From NCBI GenBank assembly GCA_047601445.1, contig JASGJH010000001.1, positions 4,992,001 through 5,056,000 of the forward strand: a DNA stretch of 64,000 nt. The letters are read 5' to 3'. Position numbers and translations under genes: made by a program. This stretch comes from Myxococcales bacterium. GTDB lineage: Bacteria; Myxococcota_A; Polyangia; Polyangiales; DASUME01. Shown piece by piece: positions 50,207 through 62,300 of this stretch. Numbering within the stretch: the first letter of the stretch is position 1; every line of letters starts with the position of its first letter. The notes under the pieces are model-generated. The model saw only the letters and a list, made by a program, of their open reading frames with translations, did not search any database and had not been told where the DNA came from.

Positions 50207-51232
50207 ATGAGCGAGCGCATGAACGAGTTGGTGGAGGCCGAACCGCGCGAGGATGATCGCCGCTTCGACCTCACCCTGCGCCCTTCGCGCTTCGACGACT
50301 TCGTCGGGCAAGACAAGATCAAAGAGAACCTCAAGGTGTTCGTGCAGGCGGCCCTGCAGCGCAAGGAGCCGCTGGACCACGTGCTGTTCTGCGGGCCCCC
50401 GGGCCTCGGCAAGACCACCCTGGCCAACATCCTCGCCGAAGAGCTCAACGTGAACCTGGTGCTGGCCTCGGGCCCGGCCATCGAGCACAAGGGCCAGCTC
50501 GCCTCGCTCGTCACCAAGCTCAACGAGCGCGACGTGCTCTTCATCGACGAGATCCATCGCCTGGCGCCCGTGATCGAAGAGAACCTCTACACGGCCATCG
50601 AGGACTTCCGCATCGAGGTGGTCACCGGCGACGGCCCGTACGCCCAGACCCTGCAGCTGCCGCTGCGTCCCTTCACGCTGGTGGCGGCCACCACGCGCAC
50701 CGGCCTGCTCACGGCGCCCCTCCTCTCGCGCTTCGGCTACGTGGCGCGGCTCGACTACTACCCACCCGAACATCTGGCGCGGGTGGTGGCGCGCAGCGCG
50801 GGCTTGCTGGAGATCCCCATCGACGAAGGAGCGGCCTTCGAGATCGCCCGGCGCGCGCGCGGCACCCCGCGCATCGCCAACCGGTTGCTGCGGCGCGCCC
50901 GCGACTTCGCCGAAGTCCTGAGTAACGGCAGGCTCTCCGAGAAGGTGGCCACCGAAGCCCTCGACCGACTCGATGTCGACAGCGCAGGACTCGACGAGAT
51001 GGATCGCCGGTTCCTCACCGTGATCATCGACTACTACAAGGGCGGCCCGGTGGGCATCGAGACCCTGGCCGCCGCCTTGAGTGAGCCGCGCGACACCCTC
51101 GAAGATGTGTACGAGCCCTTCCTCATCCAGCAGGGCCTGCTCGCGCGCACCGCCCGTGGACGTGTGGCCACCGATCGCGCCTACGAGCACCTCAAGCTGC
51201 CCAAGCCGTCACGTCAGCAAGGGCTGTTCTAA
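50207..51232 (+). CDS. ruvB: Holliday junction helicase RuvB
   Basis: LRPSRFDDFVGQ, GPPGLGKTT, FIDEIHRL, RGTPRIANRLL, GGPVG, RTARGR. Confidence 0.97.
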   Translation: MSERMNELVEAEPREDDRRFDLTLRPSRFDDFVGQDKIKENLKVFVQAALQRKEPLDHVLFCGPPGLGKTTLANILAEELNVNLVLASGPAIEHKGQLASLVTKLNERDVLFIDEIHRLAPVIEENLYTAIEDFRIEVVTGDGPYAQTLQLPLRPFTLVAATTRTGLLTAPLLSRFGYVARLDYYPPEHLARVVARSAGLLEIPIDEGAAFEIARRARGTPRIANRLLRRARDFAEVLSNGRLSEKVATEALDRLDVDSAGLDEMDRRFLTVIIDYYKGGPVGIETLAAALSEPRDTLEDVYEPFLIQQGLLARTARGRVATDRAYEHLKLPKPSRQQGLF

Positions 51233-51412
51233 TAAGCACGCCCAGGTGATGGCGACGGGAGCGGCTTGACCCGACCGAGCGGCGGGGTCGAAGCTTCGCC
51301 TCGCGATGGCAACGCCCAAACCGGCCAAGACACAGTTCGAGCGCTCACTACTCGCCTGGTCCCCGACCGAAGGACGCGCCCGAGCGAGCGCGCACTAAGC
51401 TCGACGCAGGAA

Positions 51413-52519
51413 CTACAGCAGAGGCTCGCACACCACGCGGATCTTCAGCGCGTGGTCCTTGCCGTCCTGGAGCTTCGCGCAGGCGTCGCCCTGCAGCGTG
51501 ACCGTCTTGTCGTCGATGACCCAGCCTTCGTTCAGGCGCACCAGTGTGTCGTCGAGTTTGACCTCGACGTAGGTCGGATCGGCCGGTGCCGTCTCGAGAT
51601 CGTAGGAGCACGAGACCACCTTGCCCGCGATGCCGCGGAGCTGGGTCAACAGGCTCTGTTCATCGGTGGCGTCCACGGATTTCTCGGTGCCGCCATGCTT
51701 GGCGAAGTCGTCCAGGTTGGCCGCAAAGCCGCCGCTCTTGGAGTCGAAGCCCACCACATAGGTCTTCACGTCGAGCTTCAAGAGCGCGTCGATGGCAGCG
51801 TTGGTGTGGGTCACGGCTTCGGGGTTGGCGCTGATGGCCGCGCTGGAGTCGGGGTCACAGGTGGGCTGCCCGTCGGTCACCAGCAGCACGTAGCGTTGAG
51901 CCACGCTGCCGGCCTTGGGCGCGCCGAAAGTCTTGGCGGCAGCCTCGAGGGCGAGCGCGGTGGGCGTGCTGAAGGTGCGGGGATACTGCGCGTCCAGGGC
52001 AGTCTTGATCTCCGCGGGGGTGCCACCGAAGGGCACGTTGATCTTGCTCGGTGCGCAGACATCGCCATCCACCGGAAAGACCATCAAGCCGAAACGAATG
52101 GCGCCACTCAGATCGGTGACGATCTTGTTGACCGCGCTGGTGGCAGGGGTCCAGCGATCTTTGCCGAACGCCGAGAGGTCGTAGTTGATGCCGATCATAC
52201 TCATGGAGCGGTCGAGCACGATGAGCATGTCCGGAGCCACCGGCTCGGCGTCCACCGACTTCACCTGGCAGAAGCCGTCGTCGCCATCGCCAGAGCGATC
52301 GCCGTCGCCAGAGCGATCGCCGTCGCCGTCTCCATCACCGTCCCCATCGCCATCACCGTCGCCATCGCCCGTGACCGCGCCGTGATTCTCGCCACCACCC
52401 ACCGAGGGGGGCGCGGACGAACAACTCGAGAAGCTCGCGAGCAGACAGCCCGACCACAGGGCCACGGCCGAAGGAGAGAACGCGGTTCGAAGCCAAGCAG
52501 ACAACACGGACCTCAACAT
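51413..52519 (-). CDS. vWA-domain lipoprotein with GD repeat (CglB-like architecture)
   Basis: MIDAS DRSMS, TPT, LVTDGQP, (GD)n linker, C-terminal Cys-rich domain. Start uncertain. Confidence 0.82.
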   Translation of the reverse strand: MLRSVLSAWLRTAFSPSAVALWSGCLLASFSSCSSAPPSVGGGENHGAVTGDGDGDGDGDGDGDGDGDRSGDGDRSGDGDDGFCQVKSVDAEPVAPDMLIVLDRSMSMIGINYDLSAFGKDRWTPATSAVNKIVTDLSGAIRFGLMVFPVDGDVCAPSKINVPFGGTPAEIKTALDAQYPRTFSTPTALALEAAAKTFGAPKAGSVAQRYVLLVTDGQPTCDPDSSAAISANPEAVTHTNAAIDALLKLDVKTYVVGFDSKSGGFAANLDDFAKHGGTEKSVDATDEQSLLTQLRGIAGKVVSCSYDLETAPADPTYVEVKLDDTLVRLNEGWVIDDKTVTLQGDACAKLQDGKDHALKIRVVCEPLL

Positions 52520-52699
52520 GCAGGGGGGAGCGATGGCCCGAGGATAGAGGAAACGCCCTAAAAACACGAGTCGCCCCGAGCCCGGAGCAGCGCCTACGCG
52601 CGCTTGGACGCGCGCCGCGCGAGGTGCCTCACAGAAGCCCGACGAGGCACGCTGGTCGAAACCCAGGCCACGCAGGCTGCGACGAGAGTATGCGCGCCC

Positions 52700-53380
52700 T
52701 CAGAAGCCGAACAGGAACGCAGGCCCGACGAAGAGTGCCTTGAAGCGCGTATTGGTGATGGCCTGGTAAGTGGCCTCGGCGCCGATCCCGAAGCGCATCC
52801 CGATGTGCACCATGAAGCCGCCGCCCGCGAGCCACGCCAAGCCCGCCTTGGAAGGCTCGCTCACCCAACCCGGCCCCAGGCCGCCTACGACGTAAGGTCC
52901 CACGGGTCCGACTGGCACCGTGAGCCGCGTGGTCGCCAGCGCTGCCAAGATCGTCGAGCCAGACGGGAAATAGCCTGCGAGGCGTGCGCCTGGCGCCACC
53001 ACCACGGGCCCCACCTCGATGCCGTAGCGGAAGTCGCCCGAGATGGAGAAGCCCACGTTTCCACCGTTGACCGGGATGAAGATGCCCGGCGCGATGGAGA
53101 AGCGAAACCCCGTGTTGTAGGCGAGCACGATGTCGCGCCCCGAGGGTTCCCGCGGGGGAGGCTGGTACGCCTGAGGCTCCTGGGGCTGCTGGATCTCCTG
53201 CGACTGTTGGAACTCCTGGGACTGCTGAACCCCTGGAGACTCCTGAAGCAGTGGCGACTCCTGGATCTCTGGAGGCTGGACCTCCGGAGACCCCTGGGCT
53301 CGGACATTCCGCGACGCGAGCGAGAGCGTGCCAAAGAGTGCGAAAGCGAGCGCAAAGCTGACGAAGGACCCCGGGCGCAT
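52700..53380 (-). CDS. Small outer-membrane beta-barrel with N-terminal Gln/Glu/Pro repeats
   Basis: Signal peptide, QSQEFQ/QSQEIQ/QPQEPQ repeats, PYVVGGLG, terminal Phe. Confidence 0.75.
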   Translation of the reverse strand: MRPGSFVSFALAFALFGTLSLASRNVRAQGSPEVQPPEIQESPLLQESPGVQQSQEFQQSQEIQQPQEPQAYQPPPREPSGRDIVLAYNTGFRFSIAPGIFIPVNGGNVGFSISGDFRYGIEVGPVVVAPGARLAGYFPSGSTILAALATTRLTVPVGPVGPYVVGGLGPGWVSEPSKAGLAWLAGGGFMVHIGMRFGIGAEATYQAITNTRFKALFVGPAFLFGF

Positions 53381-53545
53381 CCTCTTAGCCTCCACTGTTG
53401 CGTTCGGCCGTGCAACCAACGCTCACGAACAGGGTCCACACCACCCCGCCCCATGGGAATAGCCCGTCTCCGCAGGCCGGTTAGGCGAGACTTTCGGGTC
53501 CTCCCACCGCAAACGGGTTCCGATGTCGCCCGCCAGAGTTTGTCG

Positions 53546-55282
53546 ATGACCCCCCCGAGTCTGCGCGGACGCATGCTCGGCTCCCTATTGCCGCTGATGC
53601 TTGGCACGAGCCTCGCGGAAGGCTGCACCCGTGACGAGAGCAAGCGGCCTGCAAGCGATGCCGGTGCACGAGACGCAGCGGCACCACGCCATTGCTCGGA
53701 CCTGCATTGGGACGGTGGCCTCGAAGACCCTGCCCAAACCTTTTGCTCGGATGGGCTCCGCTGCAACGGCGCGGAGAGGTGCTCGCCCAACGATCTGCAC
53801 GCCGACGAACGAGGCTGCGCTCCGGGCACGCCCTTCGATTGCGGACCTGGCACCTGCAGCGAGGGGGAGCCCGCATGCTTGGCTCCTCCGCAGATGTGGG
53901 GCTCGTGCAACGAACCGTTCGGGTGCCCGCCTCCAACGTACCCAGACGCGCTTTGCGACTCCAAGCAGAGGGACGCGTGCGGCGGACCGCTAGGCGGCTG
54001 CGGCCGGCTCCCCAACGGCTCCTTCACCTGCACCTGTCCGCAAGGATGGGAGGCTACGGGCACCGCGTCCTGCCATTGCCCCACGGGCCAGCGGTTCTAC
54101 CCGGACACCTATCCTCAGTGCACGACCGTCGGTTGGAGCGCCGCGCGCCCGATCGTCGAGCACGTGGCGATCACTGCGGGCCCCGCCGTGGACATGATTC
54201 ACGCTGACCAAAGCGGCACCCCGGTCGCCATCGTCTGGGGCACGAGCGCAGGACTTCACGGCAGGCTCTTTCGCCTCCTGGACGAGTGGGACTCGGCCAC
54301 CACCGCGAATTTCGCGTTACCAGAGGGCGAACAGCTCACGGCTCTGGACGTGTCGGTCGTCGGCACGCCCAGCGTAGCGACCGAGACCAAATGGCCCCAC
54401 AGCGTGGGCGTGCTGACGGCCACGAGCGACGGCAATCCAGAGCGGGCCTATCGCTTCGAGCTCAGCCCCGGGAGCTTCGAGAAGCTTGTGCGCGTCGACG
54501 AACAGCTGCCCAACTGGGGAGGCTCGCAGGGCGCGCGCGCCGATGAGACCGGCATGGGCCTCATCAGCTGGTCGAGTCTGGACACGCAGACCAACGAGTC
54601 CTCGATCTGGGTGCAGTCGTTCCGGGATGCACTCGGCTGGTCGCCACCGACGCGCCTGGCCGGGGGCAACGTGCTGCCGAGCCTGGGCCAAAATCTCGCG
54701 GTCTTCGCGGACCAGTACGCGACCTTCCGTTCCGACGACGGCAGCTGGTCGGAGCTGAAACCGGATCACAACATCCGCTTGCCCGTTGTATTCGGCTTGG
54801 GCCAACTCGTCCTGGGCGGCGTCGACATGCTCAGCCAGTACGTCACGTACGGCGCCGACGCCGGCTGGTCGGCGCCCGAAGCGACCGGTGCCAACGCCAG
54901 CGCGGTGAACATGCTCGGCAATGGGGGCGGGTACAGTACTCTGTGGGTCGAGGGCTCCACGATCCGCGTGAGGAGGTTCGTGCAGGATAGCTGGCAAGTC
55001 CCTGAAACCGTCCTCGAAGAGGCAGGCAGCGTCAGCCAGCTGCGCGTGGCGGCCTACGGCAAGGTTGGCTCCGAGATTGTCGTGTGGTGCCTCGACGGAA
55101 CCGTCGTGAAAGCCGCAATCCCGTCCAACGGTGGCTGGGACGTAACCACACTACGGACCACAGGCGGCCCCGAAGTTCAGCAGCTCGACATCCAGCTCGA
55201 CCCGGTCAACCGCGCCTTCGTCGTGTGGGTCGAGCGCGAGAGCGACACCAGCCAGAGCATCTACTCTGCTCGCTACCAGTGA
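53546..55282 (+). CDS. Cys-rich/EGF-like lipoprotein with C-terminal beta-propeller-like region
   Basis: Lipobox-like AEGC, CSDGLRCNGAERC, GSFTCTCPQGW, Trp-rich repeats. The 5' part of ORF 52604 is antisense to 52700-53380. Confidence 0.7.
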   Translation: MTPPSLRGRMLGSLLPLMLGTSLAEGCTRDESKRPASDAGARDAAAPRHCSDLHWDGGLEDPAQTFCSDGLRCNGAERCSPNDLHADERGCAPGTPFDCGPGTCSEGEPACLAPPQMWGSCNEPFGCPPPTYPDALCDSKQRDACGGPLGGCGRLPNGSFTCTCPQGWEATGTASCHCPTGQRFYPDTYPQCTTVGWSAARPIVEHVAITAGPAVDMIHADQSGTPVAIVWGTSAGLHGRLFRLLDEWDSATTANFALPEGEQLTALDVSVVGTPSVATETKWPHSVGVLTATSDGNPERAYRFELSPGSFEKLVRVDEQLPNWGGSQGARADETGMGLISWSSLDTQTNESSIWVQSFRDALGWSPPTRLAGGNVLPSLGQNLAVFADQYATFRSDDGSWSELKPDHNIRLPVVFGLGQLVLGGVDMLSQYVTYGADAGWSAPEATGANASAVNMLGNGGGYSTLWVEGSTIRVRRFVQDSWQVPETVLEEAGSVSQLRVAAYGKVGSEIVVWCLDGTVVKAAIPSNGGWDVTTLRTTGGPEVQQLDIQLDPVNRAFVVWVERESDTSQSIYSARYQ

Positions 55283-55297
55283 AGCCCCGAGGCGCGC

Positions 55298-56674
<1,377 letters not shown>

Positions 56675-56679
56675 TCCTG

Positions 56680-57351
<672 letters not shown>

Positions 57352-57605
57352 AACCGCGAGTCTGAGCCAGCCGGGGTTCCTGTCAACGCCGGCTTGCAGG
57401 GGCGTCGCCCGTGGGGCGGCCGAGGTGCGCCGGAGAGGGTCTCGGGTTTGCACGCATTTTGCGTCCCCAGGGACGGGCTGCTATTCACGTTCGGTGGGCT
57501 GGGACGCAAGGGTTGACGTGCAGTGCGCACGCCAACGACAATCGAGGGCGCGACTAGGTGATGCTCGCGGGCGGACCCCGCTTCGACCCACCGTCGCGCG
57601 AGTGC

Positions 57606-59117
57606 ATGGCTGAGCAACGCTACCGCGTCATCGATCGTCTCGAAGCTGGAGGCATGGCTGAGGTCTTCCGAGGGGAAGCACTCAGTGTGCAGGGCTTCAA
57701 GAAACAAGTTGCGATCAAGCGCGTTCTGCCGAATCTGGCGCAGAACAAGAGCTTCATCCGCATGTTCCTGGACGAGGCGCGTCTCGGCGCCCGCCTGAAC
57801 CATGCAAACATCGTCACGGTCTTCGACATCGGCGCCGCCGACAACACCTACTTCATCGTGATGGAGTTCGTGGACGGGGCGAACCTCAAGACCGTCCTCG
57901 AGACGCTCAAGAAGCAGGGCCGGCGCCCGGGCGTCAAAGAGATGCTCTACATCGGCATGGAGGTCTGCCGCGGCCTGGCCTACGCCCACGACATCCGAGA
58001 CGATGCCGGCACACTGCTGAATATCGTCCACCGCGACATTTCTCCGCCCAATATCCTCATCACCAAGGGTGGCGAGGTGAAGGTCACAGACTTCGGTCTG
58101 GCCAAGGCCACCACCCAGCTCGAAAAAACCGACCCGGGCGTGGTGAAGGGCAAGTTCAGCTATCTCTCGCCCGAGGCCGCCATGGGTCTCGAGGTGGACG
58201 CCCGCGCCGACCTGTTCGCGGTGGGCATCGTGATCTGGGAGGCGCTCGCCGGACGGCGCCTGTTCTTGGGCGAGTCCGACTACGAGACCGTCAAGAAGGT
58301 CCAGAAGAGCGACATCCCGAGCCTGGGTGCGATCAACCCGGAGGTCGACGCTGACCTCGAAGCCCTGCTCGGAAAGATCATGGCCAAGGACCGCGAACAG
58401 CGGTTCCAGACGGCCCACGACGTGCAGGACGCCATCGCGGACTACCTGTTCGCCCGGCGCATGAAGGTGACCTCCTCCGACGTGGGTCGCATGATGCAGG
58501 CCGTGGTCGCGCTACGGGCGCAGGAGAAGCAGCGCGAGCGCGAGCGCAAGGCCGACCACAGCATCATCGACCAGCTCATCCAGGACGAGCTGCTGGCCTT
58601 CACCTCGCTCGACGAGATGAACGACCCGCTGAACCCGGCCTCGGGCTCGGCCAAGGCCAACCAAATCAGCAAGACGCCCAAGGCGGGCGCCAAGCCGCTG
58701 GACGCCACGTCCTTCAACGCCCAGCTCGAGAACCCGGCCAACTGGTTCTCGGAGGACGACATCGACCAGGCGACCTCGTTCTTCGATCGCAGCGCCATCC
58801 CGGGCTCTCGCGCGAGCGACCCGCGGGAGCTGGCCGCATTGCTCGAAGAAGAAGACGAAAAGGGCGAGGACCGCAAGACGGGTGCCGAGGCCCTGGGCGA
58901 CATGCTGGACAACGAGGTCGAGGCCAACAAGACCCAGCCTCCGTCGCCCGCGGCAGCACCGGCTGCCAGGGCTTCCAAGCCTCCGCCCGCGAACCAGCCC
59001 GCCCTGAGCGTCGCCAAAGAGAGCGGGGGCGGCTCCATGAAGTATGTGGTGCTGGCCCTGGTGATCCTGCTGGGGGCCGGTGCGGCTGCCTGGTTCGGCA
59101 ATCTGATTCCACACTGA
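57606..59117 (+). CDS. Hanks-type Ser/Thr protein kinase with C-terminal TM
   Basis: GGMAEVF, VAIKR, HRDISPPN, DFG, GKFSYLSPE. Confidence 0.94.
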   Translation: MAEQRYRVIDRLEAGGMAEVFRGEALSVQGFKKQVAIKRVLPNLAQNKSFIRMFLDEARLGARLNHANIVTVFDIGAADNTYFIVMEFVDGANLKTVLETLKKQGRRPGVKEMLYIGMEVCRGLAYAHDIRDDAGTLLNIVHRDISPPNILITKGGEVKVTDFGLAKATTQLEKTDPGVVKGKFSYLSPEAAMGLEVDARADLFAVGIVIWEALAGRRLFLGESDYETVKKVQKSDIPSLGAINPEVDADLEALLGKIMAKDREQRFQTAHDVQDAIADYLFARRMKVTSSDVGRMMQAVVALRAQEKQRERERKADHSIIDQLIQDELLAFTSLDEMNDPLNPASGSAKANQISKTPKAGAKPLDATSFNAQLENPANWFSEDDIDQATSFFDRSAIPGSRASDPRELAALLEEEDEKGEDRKTGAEALGDMLDNEVEANKTQPPSPAAAPAARASKPPPANQPALSVAKESGGGSMKYVVLALVILLGAGAAAWFGNLIPH

Positions 59118-59370
59118 GATCGCCTGCCGACGGGGAGCGGACCTTCCTTGGAAGGAGCTGCCCTCGCCCCAAGCGCGGCCCGAGTTGGCCAAGCGGCCTA
59201 TGAGCGCGGACACAGCACCGCGCTCGGCCGTAGTGTTTTGCTCGTCAGGCTCGTAAGCCGTTCAAGCTACAGTCCGCCTCGCGCTGAAGCCGGGGGTCAT
59301 CCACCGCGGTGCGCGCGTACAACTGGCGCCCTCCTCATCTGGAGGCGCCTTGCCGCGGGGCTGAGCACCT

Positions 59371-62300
59371 ATGAACGTCCGCTACCTCTTGCTTTGTGCG
59401 TCCCTCAGCCTCCTGGCCGCATGTTCGGGCACCCAGGACGACGAGGTCACCGAGATCCCCTGCGACGACGGCCACGGCTGTCCAAATGGCTATTCCTGCG
59501 AGGAAAACCTGTGCGTCGCCAGCGATGCCAGCATCTCCAACGATCAGGTCCAGGCCACGGGTGAGGCGGCCGGCGCGCCGGCGGTGGTCGAGGTGGAGAC
59601 CGGTGGCTGCAAGGGACCTTCCTGCGAGATCGCGGCCGGCAGCGACGTGACGTTCCGCGCGCCTGAGCTCGAGGGCTACCGCTTCACAGGCTGGAGCGGC
59701 GACGAGCGCTGCATGGGGACCGACTTCGTCCTGATGCTGGAGAACGTGGCCGCCAACATCCATTGTGTGGCGAATTACGTAAAACGAGTGAACATCGCGG
59801 GCGACACCACTTTACCAGGGGCGGCCATCACGGCGGCCTCCCAGGCGGGGTTCGCGGCCTGCGCGGTCCAGAGCTGCGAGGTGGACCAGGGCAGTAGCGT
59901 GGTGATCACGGCGGGTGACGTGTCGGGGCATCGCTTCGCGGGCTTCAGCGGGACCGGCTGCGACAACGTGATGGGCAACATGGTGAGCGTGGTCGCGGGC
60001 GACAGCGACGTCACCTGCACCGCCAACTACGTGCTGATCTACAGCGTGTTCGGCAACGTCCAGGGGGCGCCAGGCGCGGTCGTGGCGAGCTCGGACACGC
60101 CGGCTTCGGCCTGCTCGGACAACGGCTGTCAGGTCGACGAGGGCGGCAGCGTGACGCTCAGCGCGCCCATAATGGATGGCTATCGCTTCACTGGCTGGAG
60201 CGGCAACGCCGACGCCTGCACGGGCAGCGAGCCCAGCGTGACCGTGGCCAACGTGTCAGCGCCCATCCTGTGCACGGCCTCGTTCGTTGCGCGCTACGGC
60301 GTGGTGTCCGGGACCACCGGTCTGGCCACGGCGCTGGTGCTCGATGCGAGCTCGGAGGATGCGTTCGCGGACTGCGCCGAAGGCAGCTGTGACGTGGATC
60401 AGGGCAGCAGCGTCACCGTGGTGGCGCCGGTGGTGGCGGGCTACAAGTTCCTCGGCTTCGAGGGAGACGGCTGCGATGATCCGGCCGACCTCTCTGGCAC
60501 CACGCTGACCCTCACGAACGTCGGCAGTGACCTCGATTGCCTCGCCGCCTATGAGGCGCTGCCCCCGGGCAAGGTGAACGTCGTCGGCAATATGAAGGTG
60601 GGCGTGCCGGGCGCGGTCACGGCGAGCTCCCCCAACGCCAGCTGCAGCAATGGGATCTGCGTGGTGGATGAGGGCAGCAGCGTGACGCTGGTGGCGCCGA
60701 ACCTGGCGCCCGCGTGGCGCTTCACGGGCTGGAGCGGCCCCGGCTGCAGCGGAGCCAACCTCACGCTGGCCCTGAGCAACGTGCTCACGGATACGACGTG
60801 CACGGCGAACTACACGCAGCGCTTCGACGTGACGGCCGCAGTGGCGGCGAACGGCGGAGGCAGCGTGGGCATCACGTCGGCGGCGCCGAGCACTTGCGCG
60901 GGCACGAGCTGCAAGGTCGACAACGGCGGCACGGCGACCCTGACCGCAGCCCCGAGCGCGAACTTCCGCTTCGACAAGTGGGATGGCGGAGTGGGCTGCA
61001 ACAGCACGAACGCCACCCTGAACCTCCCTCCCATCAGTGGCAACACCACCTGCACTGCGCACTTCGTCGCGCGCGTCACCGTGAGCTTCAACGCGGTCGC
61101 CAATGGCAGCGTGGCGGCCTCGAACACGCCAGCCAACGCCGTGTGCACCACTGGCAGCTGCGTGATCGATCAGGGCGACGGCCTGCGACTCACGGCCACG
61201 CCCGCCGCCAACTACGTGTTCAAGAGCTGGAGCTGCTCCGCCAGCACCACCAGCCCGCTCGACCTCGGGCCGGTCAACACCAGCGTCACCTGCAGCGCCA
61301 CCTTCGCGCTCATCCAGTACAGCGTCAGCTACTCCGCAAGCAACGGCGGCACGCTCACACCGCCCGGCGGCTGCCCCGCAAGCCCCGGCTCGTGCAACCA
61401 GAACATCAACTCGCAGCCCCAGCTCACCGCCGGTGCCGACACCGCCACGGCGCGCTTCACGGGTTGGTCGGGTTGCAGCGGCACGGTCAACAACCGCACC
61501 ATCACGCTCGACGCCCTCAAGGGCAACGTCAGCTGCACGGCCAACTTCATCAAGCGCTGGACGGTCACCGCCAGCGCAGGCACCGGCGGAAGCGCAGCCC
61601 TCACGGCCCCCTGCGCCGGCGCTTCGTGCACCATCGACGACAACGGCTCGGCCACCTGGCTCGCCACACCCACCGGCAGCTATCGCTTCGATCACTGGGA
61701 CGGCGACGCGGGCTGCACCGGAACCAATCCCACGCTCAGCCTCAGCAACCTCACCGCGGCCACTACCTGCAAGGCCAACTTCACCGCGCGCGTCACCGTG
61801 AGCTTCAACGCAGTCGCCAATGGCAGCGTGGCGGCCTCGAACACGCCAGCCAACGCCGTGTGCACCACCGGCAGCTGCGTGATCGATCAGGGCGACGGCC
61901 TGCGACTCACGGCCACGCCCGCCGCCAACTACGTGTTCAAGAGCTGGAGCTGCTCCGCCAGCACTACCAGCCCGCTCGACCTCGGGCCGGTCAACACCAG
62001 CGTCACCTGCAGCGCCACCTTCGCGCTCATCCAGTACAGCGTCAGCTACTCCGCAAGCAACGGCGGCACGCTCACACCGCCCGGCGGCTGCCCCGCAAGC
62101 CCCGGCTCGTGCAACCAGAACATCAACTCGCAGCCCCAGCTCACCGCCGGTCCCGACACCGCCACGGCGCGCTTCACGGGTTGGTCGGGTTGCAGCGGCA
62201 CGGTCAACAACCGCACCATCACGCTCGACGCCCTCAAGGGCAACGTCAGCTGCACAGCCAACTTCATCAAGCGCTGGACGGTCACCGCCAGCGCAGGCAC

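Noticed and set aside
52604..53545. N-terminal 314 codons of the 892-aa ORF
   Set aside because: Mostly antisense to the beta-barrel gene 52700-53380. The signal peptide and lipobox begin near 53546.
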